DNA from: Chrysomallon squamiferum
Lineage: Eukaryota; Animalia; Mollusca
Direction: 5' to 3'
Length of the DNA stretch: 64,000 bases
Assembly: GCA_012295275.1 (NCBI GenBank)
Contig: CM022670.1
Location: 16,802,001 to 16,866,000 of the forward strand
Part shown: positions 28,153-43,029 of the stretch, one piece after another
Position numbering within the stretch: the first letter of the stretch is position 1
Layout of the letters: each line of letters starts with the position of its first letter
The notes under the pieces: model-generated
What the model saw: the letters and a program-made list of their open reading frames with translations, nothing else
What the model was told of the DNA's origin: nothing
The model's database searches: none
Translations under genes and position numbers: made by a program

Positions 28153-30149
28153 CTGATTGACACTGACATAGGTGTAAGATAAAAACAAAATCTAACTCAT
28201 TTCCATCACATTTTCATGAGCAGCTTTGATGAACGTGGAATTATTTGATTCTTTTTATGAATACATAAATAAGTTTAGCGTCAGTTATCACTGGTTCTAA
28301 ATCAGTTGTGTATATTCATGACATAAAGCAGAAGTTATCTGTAGTTTACATTAAATATACGAATGACCAAACTTTCCAGGTTAAATCTGGTCACATTTTA
28401 ATACTTAATCGATGTGGCTTATTTAAATACCGACTGCATACTGCTCACTACTGGAAACAAAATTTTAAATTAGGTTTTTTTTCTGGGGGTCGCGAGATCG
28501 TTCTTGAGCGAGGGTATGTTTTCGCTTTTTTCAGTTTGACTTCGAAGGATGAATAAATAAAAACGTGTACATAGGTTTCTGACCCGTCATAGTGAATATA
28601 GATTCCTTTTGTACTGTGTCTTTGGTTGATGACGGTATGAACTAGATAAATGCACCTAATTCTTGACCGTATGTCAATAACAAACAAAACAGTAAAAAGG
28701 AAATATACAGAACTGTATTTCAATCAAAAAATAAATAAATAAATAAATAAATAAAAAAATAAATAAATAAATAAAAAGAACCAAAATAAAGTTAAATAAA
28801 ATAAAATAAATAAATAAAAAAGAAGAAAAGAAAACCACATGGAATAAATGAAAGTAAACTGTATGAAAAGATTTCCACTTTAAAAAAAAAAAAAAAAATA
28901 AAAAAAAAAAAAAAAAATAAGAAAAGAAAAACGCACCACTCCCAAAAAACCCCAACAACAAACAAAACAAACAAACAAAAATGGAAATTTCAATTATGCA
29001 ATATACAGTCGATTAGTTAGAGTATTACACAGCTCACGTATTTTTATACTTAACAAAGCGTGAAATTCATACATCTCTTTATTTTGTGTGACAACAAATA
29101 ATTCAACACTTCGAATAATCCCCTTTTTGACTGCTTTACGTGTACCGAACTGACACAATAAAAACGTTTTAGTAGTGGAGTGAAGTATTCTACATTTAAT
29201 GTTATAATATTTCAAACTTTTCTTTCTCGAACATTCTGTTACGCAGGATTTAACAAGCTTGTTTCAACAAGCTGAGAAAGAGCGATTTTAGTTACAGAAA
29301 TACATCAAAATTAGTTAATAAAAGAAAAAATATCTACGTTTGTTGTAAAGGAAATGGAATATCATGATCCCATGCTGTAATATTCATTGGGCTTAACACA
29401 TACGTGAAAATATAATTGTTTTTGTTCTCTGATACGAGTAACATATTGCGGCGTTATTTTATTTATCAAGTTAAACGTGATGGATACCAAACTGTTTTTT
29501 CAAAAGAAAAAAACCCATCAACGAATAAATAAAGATTATGGACACAAAATTTGGCATTTATTTATTCTCAAATTTCTTAAGCGGATCTTTGAAATAAACA
29601 CCTGCTATTAAACGTATACACAAATATAAAGAAGACGAAAAAAAAAAAACCAACACAAAACATTGAGCACATTACTTTTAACAATAATTTCTGAGTTTGT
29701 GAATAAATACTTATTTAATTCTATCATCTGTTTTTACTTCTTATTTTCTTAGTCTCTTTATTATTATTCTTTTTTTTTTTTATTTAATTTAATTTTTTAT
29801 TATTTTTTTTTTTATTTTTTAATTATTATTCTTTATTACTTTTTAATATTTAAAAAAAAATTTTTTTATATATATTTTATTTATCAATAGAGAAGAAAAC
29901 TTAAACTTAAGGCTTCATAGGACTTTCATACCTGTTACTGTTGTGATATTTTATAAGTTTAACAAGTTTCTTTTAGGGTTTACTCTCTCTCTTTCTTTTT
30001 TTTTTACACACATAAATACTTACATTCACTTTCATACATACCCGTGTATTCTCATTACAACGTTTTAACAATATAATGTTTTTATTATCAAACGTTGCAA
30101 CCGGTTTTTTTTTTGTGTTTTTTTTCTAAAACAAAAACTAACTCCATTT

Positions 30150-30625
30150 TCTCAGTCGAGTTTACGTCTTGCCCGTGTTTATCTTCGGCTTGTTTGTATC
30201 TGACGTGTTTTAGAAAATGACATTTACTTCTTATTTGCAAAAGCCGAGTTAAGCGGCAATTTGCCAATCTTTTGGGAGTGACTCTTAGTCCGTGTGCAAA
30301 CCGTTTGTTCTCCCTGACAGCCGCCTGCAAACAAGTCTCGCGCGAATGTTGCAATTGACGGCAGGTCCGATGGGCCATCTTCAAACAGGCCGTCCTGGAT
30401 AGACAAACACGTCGTTTGTTCTTGGACTACCCGGCCAGGGAAGGCGCTGGCCCCGTTATTGTTTCCACTTCGGCTACGTGTCTTCCGCGCGGTCGGACCT
30501 GTGGCCCGGTGCTCGGCGCGTGCAGAACTTATCAAATGAGACCGCTGTCAAGATGCTGAAGGTCAAGTCGAGCGACCTGCCACCTAGGTTTAATTCTACG
30601 TCGTGTGGCATAAAATTACTCGTTG
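30150..30625. promoter_or_regulatory. Strongly GC/CpG-rich non-coding island, candidate enhancer
   Basis: Most GC-rich non-coding block in the window; its ORFs on both strands are non-homologous to anything I recognise. Confidence 0.45.
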
Positions 30626-30755
30626 AACTCGTTGTGTTTTTCAGTTCGTTTTTTTTTTTTTTTTTTTTGTTTTCCTGTTCTGTTTTAAAGTGTTGTTTTG
30701 TTTTTCTGTGGGTTTTTTTTTATAGTTTTTAAAAATATCTATACCTCTGCTGCTT

Positions 30756-30759
<4 letters not shown>

Positions 30760-30816
<57 letters not shown>
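30760..30816. repeat. (GA)n microsatellite
   Basis: Perfect GA run. Confidence 0.97.
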
Positions 30817-30820
<4 letters not shown>

Positions 30821-31959
30821 AATATGAAATTATATCTAATGCACAAAACAGAGTATATACCTGATAACGAACTTAAACTAGCATTTTAACATTATTGACG
30901 TAACTTATATTGAAATTTCTTTAAAACAAACCGGTTTATTTAACTAAATTAAATTTGTTACTCTGTTTTTATTAATTTAAAATTATTACTACTCAGAGCG
31001 AACACACACACACACACACACACACACGCGCACACACACACACACATTCGTTCCGGCTTATCCGCAGATATTTGGTTCCAGGTACCCAAGCGGATCAGCA
31101 AACATATAAAATGACATAATTGTACCCCACCTGAGTTCATGACTTGGAACCTCACTTATAGATACTGTTTAAAAATGCTAAAACCCACGTTAATCATACT
31201 GATTACAGTATTCTAGAATTCTGTATAACCACTCAGTTTGTTGCATAGTCATCTGTTTAAAAACATTTTAAAACTGTATTTGGTCATAAACGTGAATTCC
31301 AAACATGCTGATAAGACATGTTTGTTGTATATGTGTGTGTGTGTGTGTGCGTGTGTACGTCTATGTGTATGTCTATATATCAGCACTATGACATATTTAA
31401 TGAAAATATATTAACCATCTGCAGAATGAGTTTTTTAATTAAGTATGTTGTACATTACACTTGAATCAAAACGTTAAAAATGGTAAGTGTAAATAGTTTC
31501 TGCTCTAGTCGAATACAAAAATGAAAAAAAGAGATAAATTACGTTCAGTTAGAAGTTAAAGGGTTAAAATAATTGAGTTTTGTTCACAGACATAGAAGTA
31601 ATTGTCGTGAATTTTTCTAACGACACAAACTTGTTTAATACTATTTTAACTTAATATCCATGACGATGTTTTGAAATATGTTTATGTTTCGGATAAAATT
31701 ACTCTACTTATTACTGAAAAACAACTTTTGTATAAATCTAACCATAGACGGTGAGCAATACACTGGTTTTTTTATTTTTTTTTTTTATTCTTCTGTTTGT
31801 GAAATAGCAGCGTGAATAGAAGACAGTCGAAATGATGTCATTTTAGCAGGATTGCGTTTCAGTAGATAACAATTTTTGTTTGTTTGTTTGTTTCCGTCTT
31901 CAGTGTTTTTGCAGAACATTACTTTTCATCTTCTGAAACATTAGAATCGTTCGTAAAAT

Positions 31960-31995
<36 letters not shown>

Positions 31996-33554
31996 CATAT
32001 CTTCTTAACAACAGAATTGAAAAGAAAAAAAGAAAAAAGAAACGAAAGCATTGCATTTTAAAGTTGAAACAAGATGAGTAATAATTTTAAAATGACTTTG
32101 ATTTACAATTCAGATCTTATAAACATACGGTGAAAAAGGATGTAGTTAAAAAAGAAAGAAAAAAAGAAAGAAAAAAAAAGGTACAGATTATTTAGAAAAA
32201 ATGCTGAATTCTTTGTAATTATGTACAAAGAAATATTTATGATAAATAACCAATAAATAAAAATATGCTTTATTTAAGAAATTAATAGTAAATAGTATAT
32301 TGCCAGAAAAAATGAATTAAAAAATACATAAATAATAATAATAATCAAACAAAGAAAAACAAAAGAGAAAAAAAAAAAAAAAAAAACAAATAAGGAAATC
32401 AGGATCGATTAAACAGAATTCAGCTTAGCGAAAATTTAAATTGTGATTTATCTGTTATGTAATTACGTTCACGACCCATGTTTTTAAATTTTATAAAAAC
32501 ATCTTAAAATTCGCTTCACCTTGACACCAAAATTGTTGATATTCGAATACACAACAGCCATTTATGAAAGAGTTCACCCATAATACATACAAATGTCTCA
32601 AAAGTATATCATATCATAAATAAAAAAAAAAAAAAATACATAAAAAAATGTTTTTTGCTGTTTCAACTTAATATTACTATTTATTTTTATTTTACTGATC
32701 ATTTCAACTTGAACAAATACAAACATGATTTTTAAAATTTTAAAATTTTTATTTTATTTTATTTTATTTTATTTTATTTTATTTTATTATTATTATTTTT
32801 TTGACCCAGTGTTTGTAAGCTTTGACTATTTAGAGTGTGGACGTGTTTCAAAGATTGAATCAATATGTTATTACCCAACGACCCGTTATGGCGAGTTAAT
32901 CTATTAAAATCGCACGACATTCATGAATTATTAATGGATTATACAAACAATGTAAACTGTTCAACTCCCAGTGTCACCTAATACATGTACACCTTTCAGA
33001 AATATTTTTTTGGTATTTGATTTTTTTGAAACAATTTTTTATTTTTTTTTAAACTGTTTTGTCTTAAATTTCAAAGACAATATTTACAGCTCTGACAAAT
33101 CAATTAATTCAAACTGCGTGTGTATGATTTTAAACAAAGGGTCATTCAGAACATCATTTTGGGCTGTTACAATACAAATTCAAGATGGCGATAATGATAT
33201 TTCTGTAGCAAATATTAGTTATCCTAAAATAAGAATCAGTTTCTGCAGTGGGATATATTATTATATAAAGTAAAAAGAACGACTGCTCATTATTCATAAA
33301 TTAATTTTTTTTCATCATCGAATACTAGTCTGAACTGAGACAAAAATACGTGTCATTGATAATGATGTTAATATAATTTACCTACTCCAGTACACACGAA
33401 GCCACGTGATTGTTACTCTGTCCTTGATTTTATTATTTAATAAAGAAATATGTATACAGTGAATGATAAATGTGCATGGAAAATTATTTTGCTTAAGTAA
33501 GAAATTAAATATCTGTATGTTCAAAACATCATTTTCAAACTTCATTGTTCTATT

Positions 33555-34451
33555 AATTTACTACTATAACTTCTAATACCACTACTATTACTGCTACTGT
33601 ACTACTACTATTACTACTACTACTACTACTACTGCTACCACTCTACTACTAATTACCCTAACTACTACTACTACTGCTACTACCGTTACTACCTCTACTG
33701 CTGTGAAAAGTTACTATCGTAAAATACTATTACTGCCACTACTACTACTACCATTACTACTACTACTGAAGCTGTACCACTACTAATACTACCACTGCTG
33801 CTACAACTCTACTACTACTACCATTACTACTACTACTATTACCATTACTACTGCTACTACTACTAATACCACTACCACTATCACTATTAAAGTGTTATAA
33901 GCTGAAAATACTACTAATGTTACCATTCTGCTACTAGTACTACTGCCATTACTTCCACTATTGCTACCACCACTTTTCCACTAACATTACCACCATGAAA
34001 GTGTTTTAAGCTGAAAATAAATGAATATCCTCCATTGTTATTCTACTAATACTAGTACTACTACTATTACTTCTACTACGTCCTGCTCCTGTACTACCAC
34101 TACTACTACTATCACTACTACCACAACTACTACTACCACTACTACTATCACTCTACTATTATTACCATTACTATCACTACTACTACTAATACTACTGCTA
34201 TGAAAGTGTTACTATTTGAAAATGTATGGATATCCTCTATAGTCAATGACATGGCAGAGTGAATGTATGCGTGCTTTTCGTAGTAGTAGTAGCAGTAGCA
34301 GCAGTAGTAGTAATAGTTGTAACAGTAATGGTAGTAGTAGTAGCAGCAGTAGTAATGGTAGTACTAGTAGAAGTAATGGTAGTACTAGTAGTAGTAGTAG
34401 CAGTAGTAGTAACAGTTGTAGTAGTGGTTAGTAATAATAATAATAGAAGTA

Positions 34452-34484
<33 letters not shown>

Positions 34485-34485
34485 A
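33555..34485. repeat. Degenerate (ACT)n tract followed by an oppositely oriented (AGT)n tract, with a recurring ~24-bp unit
   Basis: ACT-rich 33555-34200 and AGT-rich 34280-34485. AAAGTGTT...GAAAATA-like units at 33704, 33889, 33996 and 34201. Confidence 0.85.
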
Positions 34486-34545
34486 TTGTTTCTGATTGAC
34501 ATCTAGATTTGTATTTCTATGTTCATTCAGTAGCATTTCCTAATG

Positions 34546-34599
<54 letters not shown>

Positions 34600-35530
34600 C
34601 GTAGACAGATATTAAGATTATTATCAGAAATCTTTAACATTCTATTTCTCTCTCGATTCTAAATTGAAAATTATTTTAAACTGTACAAAATGAACCACGG
34701 TATCCTATTGTTTTTTTGGTTTGTTTGTTGTTGGTTTTTCTGTTGTTTTGTTATTTTACTTTATCTAATTTTATATGTGTATGTTGTTTTCTAACCTCTA
34801 TTTTTATTTACTTTTTTTTCCCCTTCAGATCTACCAGAAAATAAATAATAATACTGGTCAATAGAATGCAACTGTCACTAAACACACAAACCCCAGAAAG
34901 GTGTTTCTCCAACATGGCGCTCGCTTATCAATTACCAGCTTAATTCTGAAAGCGAAGCATATGTTGAAAATGCTTTTAACAGGTTAAATGTCATCATGTT
35001 GTTAGGAAAGCAAATGCAAATATTATCGAAGGTTGGCTTTGTTTGTGTATATGTTTAAAAGAGTTTCTCGCGACTACAGTTACGGCTCGGAGACGTGAGC
35101 GACAATCGAGACAGCGCCCTGAACTAGCTACTTCGTCTGTGTTTGACGTTGTCGCCGTAAATGACACCTCGGCCATCACGAGTCGGTGAGAACAAGCACC
35201 CCCCACCTGAACTGGTAGTAGATTAGTAATTATGTAAGTTGTTGTCAGTATATGTATGTGTAGTGTGTTTGTGTGTGTGTGTGTGTATGTGTGTGTTTGT
35301 GTGGGTATGTATGTGTGTGTTTGTGTGGGTATGTATGTATGTTGTATGTATGTATGTATGTATGTATGTATGTATGTATGTAGGTAGGTATGTATATATG
35401 TATGTGTGTATGGTGTATGTATGTATGTAGATGTGTGTGTATTATGTACGTATATTCAATTGTATGTTTATGTTTGTATGTATGTGTGCATGTGTAGATG
35501 TGTGTGTATTACAGTATATATATTGTAGTA

Positions 35531-35567
<37 letters not shown>

Positions 35568-37296
35568 ATCTGTATATTATTCATATACATGTGTGTATAT
35601 ACATGTGTATATATATATATATATGTTTGTACGCATGCGTTTACATGCGTTTATGTGTGTTTATGTTTGCCTGTATGTAAGTATGGATATGTCTGTGTAT
35701 GTATAAAGGAAGATGAGTAATAATTTCAAACAGATTACGAAGACGCCCGGTTCAGCGCGGTACCTGTGACGTGGAGTGTCGCTGAAAACTCGTGTAAAAC
35801 AATATTCAGTTACTCCAGGCTGGCGGCACAAGCGATAAAAAACTTGAAGAGTGGAACCGACAGAAGAGTTGACATTCTATCAAGTTACGATTTAGTCTAA
35901 GTATTGTTGTGTTAGGTGAGACTCGAAAGGAATGCGCGTAGTGTTATTTAGATTTTGTATTTGACGACAGCATGGACGTGTACATGTACATGATTAAGCA
36001 CGTACACATACACAGACGCAAGAGATAGATGATATGATATATGGACATATGTTGATACTTATCATGATTGTAGTTATCATCTCTCTCTCTGTCTGTCATC
36101 CATATGTGTGTATGTTTGTGTTTATGTATGTGTTTAATCATAGAGATATATTCTGATATTTTTAAATTTTTGGGGTTTCTTTTTAAAGTGTAAGAGTCAC
36201 AGTTCAAACTGAGTTAAATGCATTTTTATTTATGGTTAATTATTGTCCTTCCATAACAGATTAATTAATTAACTAATGCCTGTATGAGTGTGTGATAAAG
36301 AATAATTAGATCAGTTTGTAAAACACATACATAACATTTTTAAAACTACACATTTATACAAGTATAATATTACTGGTTTTTAGATATAATACTGTTTTTG
36401 TTAATCAAAGTTTTCATCAGAAGTATTCATTCCGCACGTTCTTACTTCGACAGATTTTGAAACAGTTAAAAAAAAGAAAATAATAATTTCAGGTTTCATT
36501 GATTGAACCATGTAGCGGTCTTAGAGCTGACAGAATCAAACGACTGATAAAAACACAGAAACATCAATTGTGTGATATTAATGAATTTCTGGCAAATACA
36601 TGACACTTTCTACAGTTATCTGTTTCCCGAAGCCGATAGAGAAGAAATGAAATAATAAGACGATCATTTTGTTTGCTCCTTTGCCGACAATTCAAAAGAC
36701 ATCAATATCGTTAACGAAATTGTTTCCGTACTTTTATTTCCTTCTTCTCTATGCTACTTTTTCTTTTCAATTAAGATGATTTAAAAAAGAATAATGTGTC
36801 CAATATGAATGTACATTTGGCGAAAATTGATTGTCGTGTTGTAATCAAACGAACGATACTCTTCCGGCTGGGCGACTGCGCCCGGGAAAGACCGACAAAA
36901 ATGAATTCCTTTCTGATTCGGACGACCGCGTCATCCCAGCGAGCGTCGCCGACCTGGACGAAGTGGGCACGTCTCGCAGCGGTTTTGGCAACTCTCGATT
37001 GAATAAAATAATTAATTCTCCACAATGGCCATCATTTGATTTCGCAAATGAAATTGGCAGAATATCTGTGAAGTATCTATAAAATTACCCAGCTATGAAC
37101 TGTCGCATTTGACAAGAAATAACATCACAAATGAAAGTCGGCTGTCAGTTTTTCAATTCAGACGGCCAGCGCCGACTGTGGTTAGAATTGTGAAGGATAT
37201 TCACTTTCCACATGGATTGTCCCTGGATGGTGATCGTTCGCACACTGGAGACGTTGTCAGACCAGAATCTAGAAAAATTAATTCCATCGGAGTATT

Positions 37297-37329
<33 letters not shown>

Positions 37330-37680
37330 CTGTAGTATTTAAACATTATCTTTTGTTCTTTCAACATAAATAGCATTATATTTTAATATAACTTTTATGA
37401 GAAAAAAAATAAAAATAATAAAATGTAATCTTCGGGAATAATTAAAGTTTAATGTTGAAAAGGAAAGCATATTTTCATAAAGAAATAATCACATGTAATA
37501 CACACACAGGCAATACAAGGCCCAGACACACACACAACACATAACACATACACAAAAATACAACAACAATAACAACACAAGAAAAAGAACAACAACAACA
37601 AAAAGAAAGAACAAAATAAAGACACCTAAAATGTTTTCATTGACGTATTTATTTATTTGTTGTTCTTTCTTACTTTTAGT

Positions 37681-37719
<39 letters not shown>

Positions 37720-37774
37720 AATTCGGCGATCTATTCTAAAGGTTATACTAAAGCTTAATTTCTTGCTTTTTTTT

Positions 37775-37806
<32 letters not shown>

Positions 37807-38664
37807 CATCTTAAATTATTTTCCATCGAAATAATGGCTTTCTTTCTTCCGATTCTGTAATCTGCCACTGATAACAGCTAATGCCGATAAACGCCTGACA
37901 AAGTAGAAACGCTCTTTACAATAAATATGAAACCGAACATACGAATTAGTCTCCTTCTCTGAAAAGTCTGGTGGCTGGTAGAAATTCGAACACCCTAATA
38001 GAGACGTGAAGTCAAACAGTGAAAGTCTGATTATACACTGACGTCAGTCAACTGAGCTGTAATCTGCTAAGCTGCCTTTCCAGACGACACAAGAGTCGTT
38101 TGCCGGCGGCGGAGGAATACAAAGAGACTTTCTTGTGTTAAATTCCCCCCTTGTTCGCCGCTCATCTCGGCTACCTTGGGTGGGGAACAAAACCCCCGGT
38201 CACGTTAACTAGAACCAAAAACAAACGCCCTCCGTTCTGCACCCGACAAAGGCGGACCAGGTCGCGACCTCAGGTCGTGCTGGTGACCCCGGAAGGACAC
38301 ATGAATAGCAAACTAGCCACGTGATCAGAGCACGTGAGTCTCTATTATTTTGCACGACTACACTAAAAAATCGGTAATAATAAGCTGGATACAGTGCACA
38401 GTTTTGAACTGCCACAGGGATGAAAACCGAAAGCTGTATCTACTCATGCGTCAGCTACGAAACAGAAACTAAATTTGGTTCTTTGTTCTAGCAGAAATAG
38501 TCTTAAATTAGTGGGCCTCATTTTTTTTTTTTTTTTTTTTTTTTTTTTGTAGGGGCTTTACATGCAAAGTCAAACAAAGAATAAGTGTTTTCAGAATGTG
38601 AAACATTTTTATATCTTAAAAATAAATATTTAACAATATATCATTTTAATATCATCATCATCTC

Positions 38665-38709
<45 letters not shown>

Positions 38710-38898
38710 TGATGTTACATTATTGTCATTATTACCATCATCATCATCATCATTATTATATTATTATTATTATTACTGTTGTTGCTACATTATTGTTGTT
38801 ATCATCATCATCATTATTATTAATATTATATCATTTTTATTATTGTTGTTACATTATTGTTATTGTTGGTGTTGTTATTATTATTATTATTTCAATAA

Positions 38899-38933
<35 letters not shown>

Positions 38934-39687
38934 TTTATATAACGGCATATTACAATTTTAAATTACGGTAATGCTAGCTCTTCGCGCAACATCAAATTGA
39001 ATTTTTCACTCTTTGATCAAAATATAAATTTCAAACATTAGGCTTAAATCTGTGATTTCGTTTTGATCCAAACTGCTGTGTTTGCACACATCCATAATGT
39101 TTTGATTTTATGTAAATTGTGTGTTTATTTATTACATTTACATTTTAATGAAATAATAACAAGGCGAACTGTTACCACTGAACATTGATCGAAACGTTCG
39201 GAAACATCACATGTGTGGACGCATTACACAAAATGCAAAACTCGTGCAAAAGGTCAACAGTTTATATCTATTGATATTCCCCGAGTAACGTCCGTGCGGA
39301 CAACTAGTTACACACGCTACAGTCTGTCCGTAACCGTAACCGCTTGTTATTATTATTACTTTTCTGTCTTGTTTAACTGCTAATGACAAACAAGCAAGTG
39401 ATTAGATAGTCACTTCAGTAAGTACTAAAGTAAAGAAAGAAAGAAAGAAAAAAAAAAAAAGGATGAAAAGTTCTTCAATAAATTTATAAAAAAAAAAAGA
39501 TGAAATAAAGCGTGTGAAGAGTGATATTATTTTTATATGTGAATTGTTTCTCTGCTTTCCGAGAAAAAGAAAAAGAAAATAAAAAAGAAAGAAAGAAAGA
39601 ATGTGCCGAACAATAAAAAAAAAAAAAAAAAAAAGTATTTTCTTTTATTTTCTTTTCTTTTAATTTATATTATTATTATTATTTTTT

Positions 39688-39720
<33 letters not shown>

Positions 39721-42676
39721 TTTAAATTAGTGAAGCAGGTAGAGTGAATCAATTTGCAACATAAATTTGTCTTTTTGTTAAACATGAAACATGAAACATT
39801 TATTTTTTTCCAAAGTGAAATAATCGTAGTTAATTGGAAATCAGGCAAAATGTATTACCACTCTGTCCCTGGATCCTATTCCTCTGTTCTTGAGACCAGA
39901 ACATTAGCCATTTGTGAATAATAATATGTTCAGCTCTGTTCATGAACAGAGCTATTATTATTCGATATTCTCAGACAAGGGCTGAAGCCAAATTTGCCAC
40001 CACGATCCTGTTTAATAACAGAAATAATACTTATAATATAACACTGTTACCACTACTTTAATCCATACTTCTACTAATACTACTACTACAACTGCTACTA
40101 CTGCTGCTGCTACTACTATTACGGCCTCTGCTGCTACTACTGCTATTACTACTACTACTACTACTTTTACTACTAATACTACTAATGTTACTAATACAGT
40201 TATCTCTGTTACTACCAACACTCCTACTATTATTGCTAGTACTATTAACACTAGTACTAGCTTTTTATAACTTTTCTGCAGCTACGTGTTTTCTATGTGT
40301 ATTACTAGCAAAACTGTATTTGTATACATGTAAATATTCTTAGTATACAGTAATTATTTTTTTCACCGACTGTAAAGAACTTCACAAAGAAGGAGAGGAC
40401 GTATGTGAGTGAGATTTATTAAAATAAATTTTCTGTAATAAATTTCCTTTTCACTTGTACAAAAAAAATCTATTTTCTCAAAGTGCGCTGGACAATAAAT
40501 CTAAAAAAACCTCAGATGATGGAAAAGTTTAAAAAAAAAAAAAATAATAAAAAAATAATAAAAAAAAAAAATCCAAAATATCTTTTATAAAAATAGCTTT
40601 CGATTTTTGGGGAAATAAAAACAAAACCAATTTTCTTTTAACTATATTTTTTAAAAAGAAAATGAAAAAAAAAACAACAACACCCAAAACACTAGCTCAT
40701 TGGGTTCATGGGGTTTGTAAATAATGACTGATAAGGAGATTCGGTTGTCACCTATGTCGTCAAAAAGTTTAATTTACACTACTGTTTCTTTCTAAATAAT
40801 TGAATTTAAGGCTACTTCGGACATATATATTGATATTAGCCAAGTTTATCAATCGTTATTTTTGTTTAATAAAACATAAAATGTGGCTTTACCAGAATAT
40901 CATTTCATAATTTAAAAAAAAATAAAAAAATAAAAAAATCATAAATTCCATGTTTGATCCATAAATATATATTATTTTTCCATGCAGATGTATGTGTATG
41001 TGTGATGTATGTATGAATAGGTAGATGGATGCATGCAAGCATGTCAGTCTGGCAATCTCTCCATTTATGTGTGTGTGTCTGTGTGTGTGTGTCTGTGTGT
41101 GTGTGTGTGTGTAGGTATATAGTATCTACATTTATACATGTGTGTATGTATGTATGTAGCCAGTATTTTGACGAAATTTTATGCTGTAACCATAGTTATA
41201 TGTTCTTTATTTCTGTTTGAACCAGTTTGGTTTATTATTATTTTCTTTTTATTTTGCTTTAGTTTATAATATTTCATTTTATTTTATTTTATTTTATTTT
41301 ATTTTATTTTATTTTATTTTATTTTGTTTTATTTATTTATTTATTTATTTATTTTTATTTTTATTTTATTTATTTATTTATTTTATTATTATTATTTATT
41401 TATTTATTTATTTTTTAAGTGGCTACTGTTTTTACGCAACACAGCACGTCTTTGTTCCCAGTTTCACACGTCTGTACGTGTGTGCACCCTGAATCCCCAC
41501 AAAACACAAAACTTCACCCGTAAACGTAACATTTCATTAGTCAACACCCCATTATTAATAGATTTTCTATGTTGGCTGTGCGCAATGAAACTGGCTTTTC
41601 ACCAGCTTCGAAGCATTAACTTTTTATGGTAATTCGAATAGGTGATTGTTGTCGAAACAAGATGGCTAAAATGTGAAACAAACGTGGTTTAAATTTCTCT
41701 GCAAAAAATCTGTTCCCACCACATCAAAGTACGCTATAACTTATCAAAATGCATTCTCATGTTTTATTTGTTATTAAATTGTTACAAGGCAACGCTATTG
41801 CTGACAGGTACGTTTTTTTTTTTTTTTTTTCAACATGGAGAACATTCAGTTTAAGACTGATTAGAAATATAAGATGTGTATATATATATAAAAAAATAAA
41901 CTAAAAAAACACCCAAAACAACTAACAAACATAAAGATGCAGCAATAAAACACACATGCTAATTCCTATTAAAGTAATAAAATATATTTTAACAAAGCAA
42001 CACGGATCTGTACAACAAAGCATGTATTTACAAGTTAACAGAGAAATTAGTGATCCATTTTATATTGCCACCTTCACGATATTTATTTCAAAGAACAAAT
42101 TGGCGTTTTCCGTACGAATCACGTGCTCGTGTACTGACTAGAGATAAATGTGTGATATCACTTGTCTATAATTTTCTCGTGATGTCAAGTATATTTTTAT
42201 TTGAAAACAAAAAACAAAAAAAAAAAAAAACACAACCAAAAAAAAAAAAAAAAAAAAAAAAAAACACACCAACAAAACATATATAAATAAAATTACAACT
42301 TCCTCTGCTTTTATGTTGGATGCTAATAAAACATTTCCTATTTAGTTTATTTAATTTAACATCTGCTGTATTCATTTACCTGGCTGGAAAACGTACATGC
42401 TTAAGATCGTGTATTAGGATCGGATGCCAACCAGTTGAAAAGAAAAAGAAATATGAACAGTCCCGTAATACCTATTTATAACATTTAGTTATGTGTTTCT
42501 GAGATAAAGTTTGATATAATTTTGAATAGTTTTACAACTTTTTGAATTTTTTATTTTTTTTTATTTTTTTTTTTTTTTGTTCACCTGATTATAACATTAA
42601 ACAATGATAAAATTAAACAAATTAAATAAAAGTAAATTAATGAAGAAATAAAAACTCAGTAATATTAATAACAATA

Positions 42677-42712
<36 letters not shown>

Positions 42713-43029
42713 GTAAATAAATAAACAAACAAACAGTTAAACATGGAAAGTAATAAATAAATAAATAAATAAATAAAAATAAACAAATAACAAATAAATA
42801 AATTAATTAATTAATAAACATGCAAGCAAACAAATATCAATTAAATAAACAAATAAACAAACTAGGGGACGTGTGCATTTTGGGGGGAGGATTAATTTTT
42901 TATTTTTTATCTTTAATTATTATAATTATTTCAGCTTATTTTATTGTTTTAACACAGACACTATGGAAGGTGTTTGTAAATATCAGAAAATGGTTTGTTG
43001 ATATTTCTGCTCAATTTTATTTTTACAAA

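Noticed and set aside
31100-31156. tRNA-like sequence on the minus strand
   Set aside because: Only a loose resemblance to a tRNA 3' half; no intact B box or cloverleaf.
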